From positions 1-32,005 of the IMG/VR virus record IMGVR_UViG_3300006483_000006: a stretch of 32,005 nucleotides of DNA. One strand, written 5' to 3'. This DNA comes from a virus (Duplodnaviria > Caudoviricetes). Each line of letters opens with the position of its first letter. Within the stretch, counting starts at the first letter, position 1. The notes under the pieces are model-generated. The model saw nothing but the letters and a program-made list of their open reading frames with translations, ran no database searches and was not told the DNA's origin. The position numbers were made by a program, and so were the translations under genes. This document shows, piece by piece, positions 25,713-32,005 of the stretch.

Positions 25713-26108
25713 CTACAGATCGCAATGGGTGTGAGGAGCGTCGGCTGGGGCGTAGCCACGGCGTGCCCGCCAGCAAGCGTCGCAACGGTAGTTGTTCGTG
25801 GGACTGCCACAGTCGGTGCAGTGGCGACCGGCGCAATTGCCTCGGCGGTCAGAGACGCCAGCGATGACGCGGGCCATGTTCGGGGCCGGGAGACCGGCAG
25901 CGGCGGCTGCGCCAGGCCCCCACGCCAGCTCGAGCAGCGCGTTGACCTGCGCTCGGCCATGGGTCGACGATACGCGAGGCAGCTTCATCCCGGACGTGGA
26001 GTGCGGCGTATGAGCCAGGATTTTCCCCGTCTGGAGATTGCGGACGTCGCCCTGGCGGTTGATCTCGTAGCCCGGCCAGCGTTCGATGGGTCGCCATTCG
26101 GTGTTCAT
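25713..26108 (-). CDS. NUMOD4-like domain protein with C-terminal zinc ribbon, 131 aa
   Basis: EWRPIERWPGYEINRQGDVRN; CTDCGSPTNNYRCDAC; ATGA coupling to the upstream ORF. Confidence 0.78.
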   Translation of the reverse strand: MNTEWRPIERWPGYEINRQGDVRNLQTGKILAHTPHSTSGMKLPRVSSTHGRAQVNALLELAWGPGAAAAAGLPAPNMARVIAGVSDRRGNCAGRHCTDCGSPTNNYRCDACWRARRGYAPADAPHTHCDL

Positions 26109-26284
26109 CTGCATCTCCTTGCGTTGCGCGCCAGCTTCCTGGCGGCCTCGGCCTCGCGGCGGGCGGCCGTGAGGTAGGCGTTGCGACCGATCCGATCCCT
26201 GACCTTGCCCAGGCGATTGACCTGGCTGGCCAGGTCCGCGTGCTGCTCCAGAGGGTCGCTGTAGCGGATGCGCTGGGGTCTCAT
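26105..26284 (-). CDS. Small basic hypothetical protein, 59 aa (MRPQRIRY...)
   Basis: GGAG-N6-ATG at 26284; the alternative ATG at 26308 lies inside the ribozyme core. Confidence 0.6.
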   Translation of the reverse strand: MRPQRIRYSDPLEQHADLASQVNRLGKVRDRIGRNAYLTAARREAEAARKLARNARRCR

Positions 26285-26296
26285 GGGTCGCTCCGG

Positions 26297-26364
26297 TTGG
26301 CTGCTCATCAGGGCCGGGCCGCCACGCCTGGCCGACCGCCGCCCGAAGGCGGACGGTTTCGCAG
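26297..26364 (-). ncRNA. Type II hammerhead ribozyme
   Basis: CUGC-GAAA-[CCG U CCGCC UUCG GGCGG CGG]-UC-[GGCC A GGC GUGGCG GCC C GGCC]-CUGAUGA-GCAG-CCA; complete core, three stems, GUC cleavage triplet. Confidence 0.92.
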
Positions 26365-26368
26365 TGCT

Positions 26369-26581
26369 TTAGATGGCCCGCACGTGCCGCAAGGTCTGCC
26401 ATCCGCCAATCTGGGCCACGCGCACAGCCGCGCGCTCGCCGATCAGGCAGGCCTTGGACAACGTGACGGTCTGCACCGTGCCTCCGCCCGGCCGCATCAC
26501 GCTGACGACCGTGCCCACGGGATAGCGGCTGTTCCAGGTGTCGGTGGCGGCACTCGCCGCTTCGTATGGCGTCATGGCCAT
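26369..26581 (-). CDS. Hypothetical phage protein, 70 aa
   Basis: WNSRYPVGT.V motif seen in small phage proteins; GGAGG RBS. Confidence 0.7.
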   Translation of the reverse strand: MAMTPYEAASAATDTWNSRYPVGTVVSVMRPGGGTVQTVTLSKACLIGERAAVRVAQIGGWQTLRHVRAI

Positions 26582-26582
26582 G

Positions 26583-26825
26583 CTATTTCCTCCCTGCGGG
26601 TTCCGGGTACCGATGCACCATGAATTCGTTTCCGGGGCCTATCGTGTGCGGCAGTTGGCAGGCGTTGTCGCAGCCAGGGCAGCGCAGGCGGCCGTCGCAC
26701 ATCTCAAGGGCGCGGGCGCGGAACATCCCGCCGGGACGGGCCTGCTCGCAGGGCTTGTAGCCGGGGATGACCACATACACAGGCACACCGCCTGGGGACG
26801 TGGATATCTGCTCAAAGATTCTCAT
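26583..26825 (-). CDS. Small Cys-rich protein, 80 aa (paralogue 2)
   Basis: MRIFEQISTSPGGVPV...GYKPC...CPGC...C.LP; ATGA coupled. Confidence 0.75.
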   Translation of the reverse strand: MRIFEQISTSPGGVPVYVVIPGYKPCEQARPGGMFRARALEMCDGRLRCPGCDNACQLPHTIGPGNEFMVHRYPEPAGRK

Positions 26826-27073
26826 GCCGCGTCCCCCCTGGATGGCGCGCAGGCGCGCCGGATCACCAGGAACTCCGCGCCCTGAGCCACGCAGCCGGGC
26901 AGCTCGCACATGCGCTCGCAGCACGGGCAGATGAGCTGCCCGCCACGCATCACGGCCCGGCCGCGCAACTCCTGGCCGCGCAGAGGCAGCATCTTGCAGG
27001 GCTTGTAGCCGTACTCCACCATCAGGATCGGGATGCCGCCCGGCGTGTCGGTCTTGTGCAGGAGGTTGCTCAT
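26822..27073 (-). CDS. Small Cys-rich protein, 83 aa (paralogue 1)
   Basis: TPGGIPI...GYKPC...CPCC...C.LP; ATGA coupled to gam. Confidence 0.78.
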   Translation of the reverse strand: MSNLLHKTDTPGGIPILMVEYGYKPCKMLPLRGQELRGRAVMRGGQLICPCCERMCELPGCVAQGAEFLVIRRACAPSRGDAA

Positions 27074-27561
27074 GCCGCGTCCTCCTGAATGGCCGTGGTA
27101 TCCGGCTCCACGCGGAACGAGTCTTCCACCCGCCGCCGCAGACCGAGCTTGGCCAGCAGTCCGTCATCCAACTTTTCCAACTTCTCCTTGAGGGGCTTTT
27201 CCTCTGTTTGGATGCACTCTGTGCACCCGTAGGCGCGCAGGGCCTTGAGCAGAGCCGCGACCTTGTCCTTGGCCCTGGGCACGCTCACCGAGCGCACCAG
27301 GCGATAGCCCACCTCGCCAAAGGTCATCTTCCGGGTCCGCACTTTCGAAAACTCGGCCTTGCGCTCCTCGCAAAACGTTTCCACGGCCCTTCGCAGTGCG
27401 GTCCGCTCCGCCCCAAGGCCGTCGGTCCTGGCCTTGGCCTCGGCCCGGATGGTGTTGATGCGCAGGAGCGCGTCGCCGTTGGCCCGCTCCATGGCGATGT
27501 CGATCTCGCCCATGCGGCGCAGGGCCTGGTCAACGTCCTCCCAGCTGGCAATGGTCTGCAT
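27070..27561 (-). CDS. gam: Host-nuclease inhibitor Gam (Mu Gam family), 163 aa
   Basis: SWEDVDQALRRMGEID, FCE..K.EF, RKMTFGEVGYR, C-terminal DSF.VEP. Confidence 0.92.
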   Translation of the reverse strand: MQTIASWEDVDQALRRMGEIDIAMERANGDALLRINTIRAEAKARTDGLGAERTALRRAVETFCEERKAEFSKVRTRKMTFGEVGYRLVRSVSVPRAKDKVAALLKALRAYGCTECIQTEEKPLKEKLEKLDDGLLAKLGLRRRVEDSFRVEPDTTAIQEDAA

Positions 27562-27580
27562 GCCGTCATCCTCCCTTTGG

Positions 27581-27829
27581 CTAATAATCGTTGCGCCAGC
27601 AGTCATTGCGGCAGGCGAGGCATTGGTTGCACATATGCTCGGGGAGCACAGCACGCGGTCCCTCGGCCTCCTCCATGTCGAGGCTCATGCGCTCCAACTG
27701 CCCGATGGGCTCCTGGATGCCGCGTAGCTGCGCATGGATGGGACTCAACCGCTCCCACACGTCGGCCGGCACCGTGCCGGCCAGGGCGCCCAGGTCGTTC
27801 AGGGCGCTGTCAAACTTCTCGGTAATCAT
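27581..27829 (-). CDS. Hypothetical protein, 82 aa, with C-terminal CxxCxxCxxxC
   Basis: GGAGG RBS, ATGA coupling; ends in CNQCLACRNDC. Confidence 0.7.
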   Translation of the reverse strand: MITEKFDSALNDLGALAGTVPADVWERLSPIHAQLRGIQEPIGQLERMSLDMEEAEGPRAVLPEHMCNQCLACRNDCWRNDY

Positions 27830-28434
27830 GACTTCCTCCTGTTTCTGCGGATGGTTTCGCGGATGACCGGCCGTTGGGGGCCGGGATCGTTCGTGAGTTC
27901 GTAGATAGTGAGGACGCCGTCCTGTCCCGCCTCGGCCACATAGCCGGCCAGGCAGAGGAGCCTGACGTAATCCGCCACCGCGCCCTTGGCGCAGCCCGTG
28001 GCCTCGATCAGGGCGCGGCGGGTAAAACGGCGCATGTCGCGGACGGCCAGCCATATGCGGTCGCGGGCCGTGCCGGACTCGATGTCGCGCAGGCTGCCGG
28101 GCTGGACCAGGGCCTTCTGCACGCGCTGCCACGCGCCGGGCGTGGACTCGCGCAGCAACCGCACGTCGTGCGAGGACGTGTCCAGGACCAGGTCCAGCGT
28201 CATGCGCTCCTGACCGTCCGGGCTCGGCGCGGCCAGGGCCTGGCGGGCGGCCTGGGTGGCGCGATAGCAGCCTTGGCCGTGCGGGCGGATGTAGCCGGCG
28301 GAGGCGAGCCAGGCGCAGTAGGCCTGGGCCTCGTCCAGCGCTACGCCGGCAATGCGCGCGAGGTCATTCGCGTCCCAGCCCGGATTGGCCGTGCCGATGG
28401 CCCGCCACATGCGTTCGCGTTCGGCCGTCTGCAT
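27826..28434 (-). CDS. Tandem winged-helix protein, 202 aa
   Basis: Two similar units, R.RMWRAI...AYCAWLASAGYI and RDRIWLAV...DYVRLLCLAGYV; coupled to the B gene. Confidence 0.8.
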   Translation of the reverse strand: MQTAERERMWRAIGTANPGWDANDLARIAGVALDEAQAYCAWLASAGYIRPHGQGCYRATQAARQALAAPSPDGQERMTLDLVLDTSSHDVRLLRESTPGAWQRVQKALVQPGSLRDIESGTARDRIWLAVRDMRRFTRRALIEATGCAKGAVADYVRLLCLAGYVAEAGQDGVLTIYELTNDPGPQRPVIRETIRRNRRKS

Positions 28435-29138
28435 CAGCTCCTCCAGGTGGCGACCTGGCGGGCCACGTCGCCGGCCAGCTTGGCGTCGATGACCTTGGTG
28501 TCGCGGGCCTTGGCGGCCTTCTCCAAGTGGCCGAGCAGCGTCCAGACCAGCCGGAAGTCGCCGTCGGCGCGGCGCACGATGAGCGCGCCGGCCTCGGGCG
28601 CGACCTCCAGGCCGGCGGCCTCTTCGGCCAGGATGGCCACGTCCTCTTCGCTGACCGGCCCGAATTCGATGACCTGCTTGACACGGCTCCAGATGCGGCG
28701 ACGCTCGCCAAGCAGGCCCTTCATCTCCAGCTCGCCGATGAGCACCACGGGCGCGCCGGTCATGTCGTGGATATCGCGCAAGTCGTCGATGCGCTCCACG
28801 TGCAGGCGGTCGGCCTCGTCCACGAAGATCGTGCGCGGGGCCGCGTCCAGGGATTCGATTACGCGCCGCTTGCAGACCGCGAAGTTGGCCGGGCTCTCGC
28901 CGCTGGTGAGCAGGCACAGGGCCTGGACAAAGGCGGTCTTGGTCCAGCCGCCCATGACGCGCAGGTAGATCCCGCCGTTCTGGGCGTAGTAGTTGCGGGC
29001 CGTCTCGGTCTTGCCCCGGCCGGCCTGGCCGTAGACCAGGGCGAAGCCGGTCTCGCCCTCCACGGTGTCCTCCAGCGTGCGGATTTTGCGGCGGAACTCC
29101 GTGACGTTGCCGGTTTCAATGAATACATCCTTACGCAT
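28434..29138 (-). CDS. Transposition AAA+ ATPase (MuB-like)
   Basis: Walker A GQAGRGKT, Walker B IFVDEAD, LRDIHD...PVVLIG, RIWSRV. Confidence 0.95.
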   Translation of the reverse strand: MRKDVFIETGNVTEFRRKIRTLEDTVEGETGFALVYGQAGRGKTETARNYYAQNGGIYLRVMGGWTKTAFVQALCLLTSGESPANFAVCKRRVIESLDAAPRTIFVDEADRLHVERIDDLRDIHDMTGAPVVLIGELEMKGLLGERRRIWSRVKQVIEFGPVSEEDVAILAEEAAGLEVAPEAGALIVRRADGDFRLVWTLLGHLEKAAKARDTKVIDAKLAGDVARQVATWRS

Positions 29139-29147
29139 GGCGTCTCC

Positions 29148-31274
29148 TTATGCTTTGGCCCGTCGCCGGGCGTACAACCGTGCGAGGCCCTCGAAGCGGG
29201 CCTGGGCCACCTCGCGGTACTCCTGGCCCGCCTCGTAGGCGGCCATGAATTCCCGGTCCGGCTCGCGCAACGTCAGGCCGTCGCGGTAGGCCAGGCCGAA
29301 CAGGTATTCGTACTTGTCGAGTTCGCTGATGATGTGCGGCAGCTCGGCCGACGGCGTGTAGTCGCGCGCGGCCGTGACGCGCTCCTCGCGGGCCTTGCGC
29401 ACGGCGCTTTCGATGCGCCGGACCTTGGATGGCGGCAGGTTCGGGGCGGCGGCGCCAGCCTCGACCGCGGCAGTCTCGCGCGTGGCCTCGGACAGCTCGG
29501 TCATGCGCCTGCGCTGGTCGGCCAGGGCGGCGTCCAGCACGCCGCGCGCAATGGACGAGGCCTCGTGCTCCTGGGCCTTCTTGAGGTCGATGGCCTGCTG
29601 CAACGCGCGCCGATCCTGCTCGTCGCCCAGGATGGATGCCGCCGGATGGATGCCGGCCACGCGCGTGGCCTCGCACAGGAGCGTCTTGCCCGTGGCGTCG
29701 TAGACCAGCACGCTGGAAGAGTCTTGCAGGTCGTAGCGCACGAGCGCGGAGTGCGTGCGTGAGTACAGCTCGGGCGCATAGTAGCGGCGACCGAACATCT
29801 TGATGCCATCGCGGGTGATCTTGGTGACACGCTGGCCCAGCATGAGGTGGCGCAGCTGGCGCTCGTCCACGCCGGGGCCGCGCCCGGCCAGGAAGACCTC
29901 GGCCGGGCATTTGCCGGACAGGTGGCCGCGCTGGGGACGGTTGATGTACTCGTCTATCCAGCGGGCCACGGCCACGTGGGCCTCCTCCAGGGTCAGGGCG
30001 CGGCCGCCGGCCGCCTCCCAGGCCTTGCGGTGCAGGGGCTCGCCCCGGCGCAGGCGCGGAGGCTTGGAGTCGATGTCCCGGCCCACGTAGGACGGCGACC
30101 ACTGCTCCAGATCGTGCAACGTGCCGAAAAAGCGTTCAATGGTCTTGGATTGGCCGTGGTAGGGCCAGGCAAAAATGGTGTGGATGCCAAGCTCGCCGAA
30201 CAGGCCGGACATGCCGGTCTGGCGGAAGTCCACGCCGTGGAAATACTTGGCCCGGAAGGCCTTGCCGTTGTCCAGGTAGGCGATGCGCGGGAACTTGCCC
30301 AGGGTGATGCAGGCCCGGCGGAAGGCCGCCGCGATTGCCTGCACGTTTTCCGTGGGCAGGATTTCCCAGCCCAGCGGGCAGTTGGAGGCCATGTCGTACC
30401 AGGTCACGAGCTCCATGCGCTGAGGCTTGCCGGTCCAGGGGTTGATGATCTCAAAATTAAGCACGTGGCCGTCGGCCACGAGGATGTCGCCGACCTGGAT
30501 GCGCGAGTAGTCACGGTCGATGTAGAAAGCGGCCAGATCGTTCCAGGCTTTTTTGCCCTGGCGCGTGTAGACCCAGGTGCCGAAATTTGTGGAGCGCCAC
30601 TGGTCCAGGAAGCGGCGCATGGTGGCCTCGCTGGGCGGGATCAGGCCGCTGGCCTGCATGGTCGGCTCGGCCATGCGCACGGCCGAGGACACGGTGGGCG
30701 CGTTGGGCAGCAGCACGGCCCGCAGGAGGATCTCCACGTGCGCCTCGGTCATGACCTTGCGCTCGACGTTGTGCTCGCCACGGCGGTCCACCAGGCTGAC
30801 CACGCTGCCCCGGCGGCGCAGACTGACCTTCCAGCGTTCGATGGACTGCCAGCTCGCGTTCGGCCCGAGGATCTCCAGCAGCCTGGGCCAGGCCCCGCCC
30901 CGGTAGGCCAGGACAAAATTCTCCCGCGCCGCGGCCTTGGTGCCGGTCTTGGCCTTACGCATCCACTCCACGTACAGGCTCACTAGGTCGGCCTTGGCCA
31001 GGGCCTTACCCTTCTTGGCCTCGGCCACCGGCGCCGTGGCCAGGGTCGGCTGATCCGGCGCGGGCAGGGCCTGGGCCTGGGCGGCTTCCTCCTCGTGGCG
31101 CAGGAGCTTGATGCGCAGGGCCTCGGGCATGGAGGACACAAGCCATTCGTGGCCGCCGCCGCGCCCCTTGCGCGGGCGGGATTGCCAGGATTCGGATTTG
31201 GCCTGGGCGTGTATCCGCTGTACTGACACACTCATGATCGCGGCCAACTCCCGTGTCGTGTATGATTCCTGCAT
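29148..31274 (-). CDS. Mu-type DDE transposase (MuA-like)
   Basis: 708 aa; N-terminal Mu HTH (YTTRELA...RKGRGGG.EW); catalytic VADGH, YLDNGKAF, KTIERFF; C-terminal VRYD...V.VYD. Confidence 0.97.
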   Translation of the reverse strand: MQESYTTRELAAIMSVSVQRIHAQAKSESWQSRPRKGRGGGHEWLVSSMPEALRIKLLRHEEEAAQAQALPAPDQPTLATAPVAEAKKGKALAKADLVSLYVEWMRKAKTGTKAAARENFVLAYRGGAWPRLLEILGPNASWQSIERWKVSLRRRGSVVSLVDRRGEHNVERKVMTEAHVEILLRAVLLPNAPTVSSAVRMAEPTMQASGLIPPSEATMRRFLDQWRSTNFGTWVYTRQGKKAWNDLAAFYIDRDYSRIQVGDILVADGHVLNFEIINPWTGKPQRMELVTWYDMASNCPLGWEILPTENVQAIAAAFRRACITLGKFPRIAYLDNGKAFRAKYFHGVDFRQTGMSGLFGELGIHTIFAWPYHGQSKTIERFFGTLHDLEQWSPSYVGRDIDSKPPRLRRGEPLHRKAWEAAGGRALTLEEAHVAVARWIDEYINRPQRGHLSGKCPAEVFLAGRGPGVDERQLRHLMLGQRVTKITRDGIKMFGRRYYAPELYSRTHSALVRYDLQDSSSVLVYDATGKTLLCEATRVAGIHPAASILGDEQDRRALQQAIDLKKAQEHEASSIARGVLDAALADQRRRMTELSEATRETAAVEAGAAAPNLPPSKVRRIESAVRKAREERVTAARDYTPSAELPHIISELDKYEYLFGLAYRDGLTLREPDREFMAAYEAGQEYREVAQARFEGLARLYARRRAKA

Positions 31275-31388
31275 CCGTCGTAGTCCTGATCCACCTGGGT
31301 GTACGTTCCGGTCCTACATGCCAGGGCCGCAAAAAGGCCCGCTTCCGCGCGTTGTGGGTTTCAGCGCGCTTACTAGGGCTCTTGAAGG

Positions 31389-31610
31389 CTAATTGAACCG
31401 ATAAGTACTGGTTTCGCAGTGATCCATGCTGTTTCTGAAGACCTTCACACGATATGAGCCGAGGGGAAGATTCCGGGCCGGTAGACCACCGGGATAGAAC
31501 ACCCTCATAATGGCGTCCCAAGTGGTCACGGCTTCGCCTTCGGGGATATAGAGGCTGATGCGATTGGCTGGTATTTCTATGCTTTCAGCCTGCACACGGA
31601 ACGCGCTCAT
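31389..31610 (-). CDS. Hypothetical protein, 73 aa
   Basis: ATGA-coupled ORF with GGAGG RBS; visibly lower GC. Confidence 0.55.
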   Translation of the reverse strand: MSAFRVQAESIEIPANRISLYIPEGEAVTTWDAIMRVFYPGGLPARNLPLGSYRVKVFRNSMDHCETSTYRFN

Positions 31611-31873
31611 TGCCTGCCTCCGTCCACGTTAGGGTCCTTTACAGTCCGGAAACTCGGACCATTATCGATGCACATGGCGCTGGGCAGACCGGCACACGGC
31701 ACATGTCCCAACGGCTTCAGAGGCTCTTGTGGCGCGTCATGATCGACCAAGAAGACTTGGCCCTCAACAATCGCCAAATCGACTACGCTCCCAAACTCAA
31801 GCTTGGTTTGGTACTGCCCGCAATAAACGTACACGCAGCCGTTACGCTGCACGATTCTTCGCAAACTCTGCAT
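31607..31873 (-). CDS. Hypothetical protein, 88 aa (MQSLRRIV...)
   Basis: TGATG coupling to the upstream ORF; AGGAGG RBS. Confidence 0.65.
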   Translation of the reverse strand: MQSLRRIVQRNGCVYVYCGQYQTKLEFGSVVDLAIVEGQVFLVDHDAPQEPLKPLGHVPCAGLPSAMCIDNGPSFRTVKDPNVDGGRQ

Positions 31874-32004
31874 CACGCCGCCTCCTGCTTCTCGTTTTCC
31901 AGATCCTTGGGCAGAGCCAGCCACTTCCGGGGGCAACCCCGGTCGCGCAAATATCGGAGCACTCGGCGGGCATTCTTGCGGCCAAATATGGTGTGGCTGA
32001 CCAG
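31873..32004 (-). CDS. Ner/Cro-like HTH regulator, C-terminal part (5' truncated by the window)
   Basis: ...LVSHTIFGRKNARRVLRYLRDRGCPRKWLALPKDLENEKQEAA*; position upstream of the transposase. Confidence 0.6.
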   Translation of the reverse strand: MVSHTIFGRKNARRVLRYLRDRGCPRKWLALPKDLENEKQEAA

Positions 32005-32005
32005 G

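Larger units (their letters stand above)
1..32005 (-). mobile_element. Mu-like transposable prophage with contractile tail; interior only, both ends outside the window
   Basis: Continuous co-oriented, often translationally coupled genes in Mu-like order: ner-like, A, B, gam, gemA, lysis, terminase, portal, F, I, capsid, gp36, sheath, tube, tape measure, baseplate, fibre. Confidence 0.97.

Noticed and set aside
26285..26308. ATG at 26308 as the start of the 67-aa ORF
   Set aside because: It lies within the ribozyme CUGAUGA core and has no RBS; the ATG at 26284 has GGAG
26336..26356. UUCG hairpin as an intrinsic terminator
   Set aside because: No U-tract; it is stem III of the hammerhead
59..31392. 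Numerous long plus-strand and off-frame ORFs in the track
   Set aside because: Shadow ORFs of GC-rich minus-strand genes; no motifs, and they fully overlap well-supported CDSs
31275..32005. Mu end (attL) transposase-binding repeats
   Set aside because: The window ends inside the ner-like gene; no terminal repeats are visible

Overview
The whole window is the interior of a GC-rich, Mu-like (transposable) contractile-tailed prophage, and every credible gene is on the minus strand. In transcription order (32005 to 1): Ner/Cro-like repressor (partial), two small ORFs, MuA-like DDE transposase, MuB-like AAA ATPase, a semi-essential region (tandem wHTH protein, Gam, small Cys-rich ORFs, NUMOD4 protein, GemA, membrane proteins), an HTH regulator and terminator, lysis genes (M15 peptidase, 3TM holin, TraR/DksA, gp25/gp26-like), terminases, portal, MuF with a C-terminal nuclease-like extension, protease/scaffold, decoration protein, major capsid, neck proteins, sheath, tube, frameshifted tail chaperone, tape measure, baseplate and tail fibre. 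The prophage ends, c repressor and any gin/com/mom genes lie outside the window. The gene set resembles Desulfovibrio-type Mu-like prophages, but that is an inference only. Signals not in the ORF track: (1) a complete type II hammerhead ribozyme at 26297-26364; (2) 12 copies of YGWTTCAR, in both orientations, inside the 3' end of a gene encoding a membrane-anchored HTH protein, preceded by an unannotated 37-aa membrane peptide; (3) a 9-bp repeat shared by the two putative late promoters, with no recognisable Mor/C activator; (4) a G-GGA-AAC -1 frameshift; (5) an internal scaffold start; (6) a nested CTAG palindrome after the capsid gene. Family assignments come from motif recognition and gene order, not from database searches.
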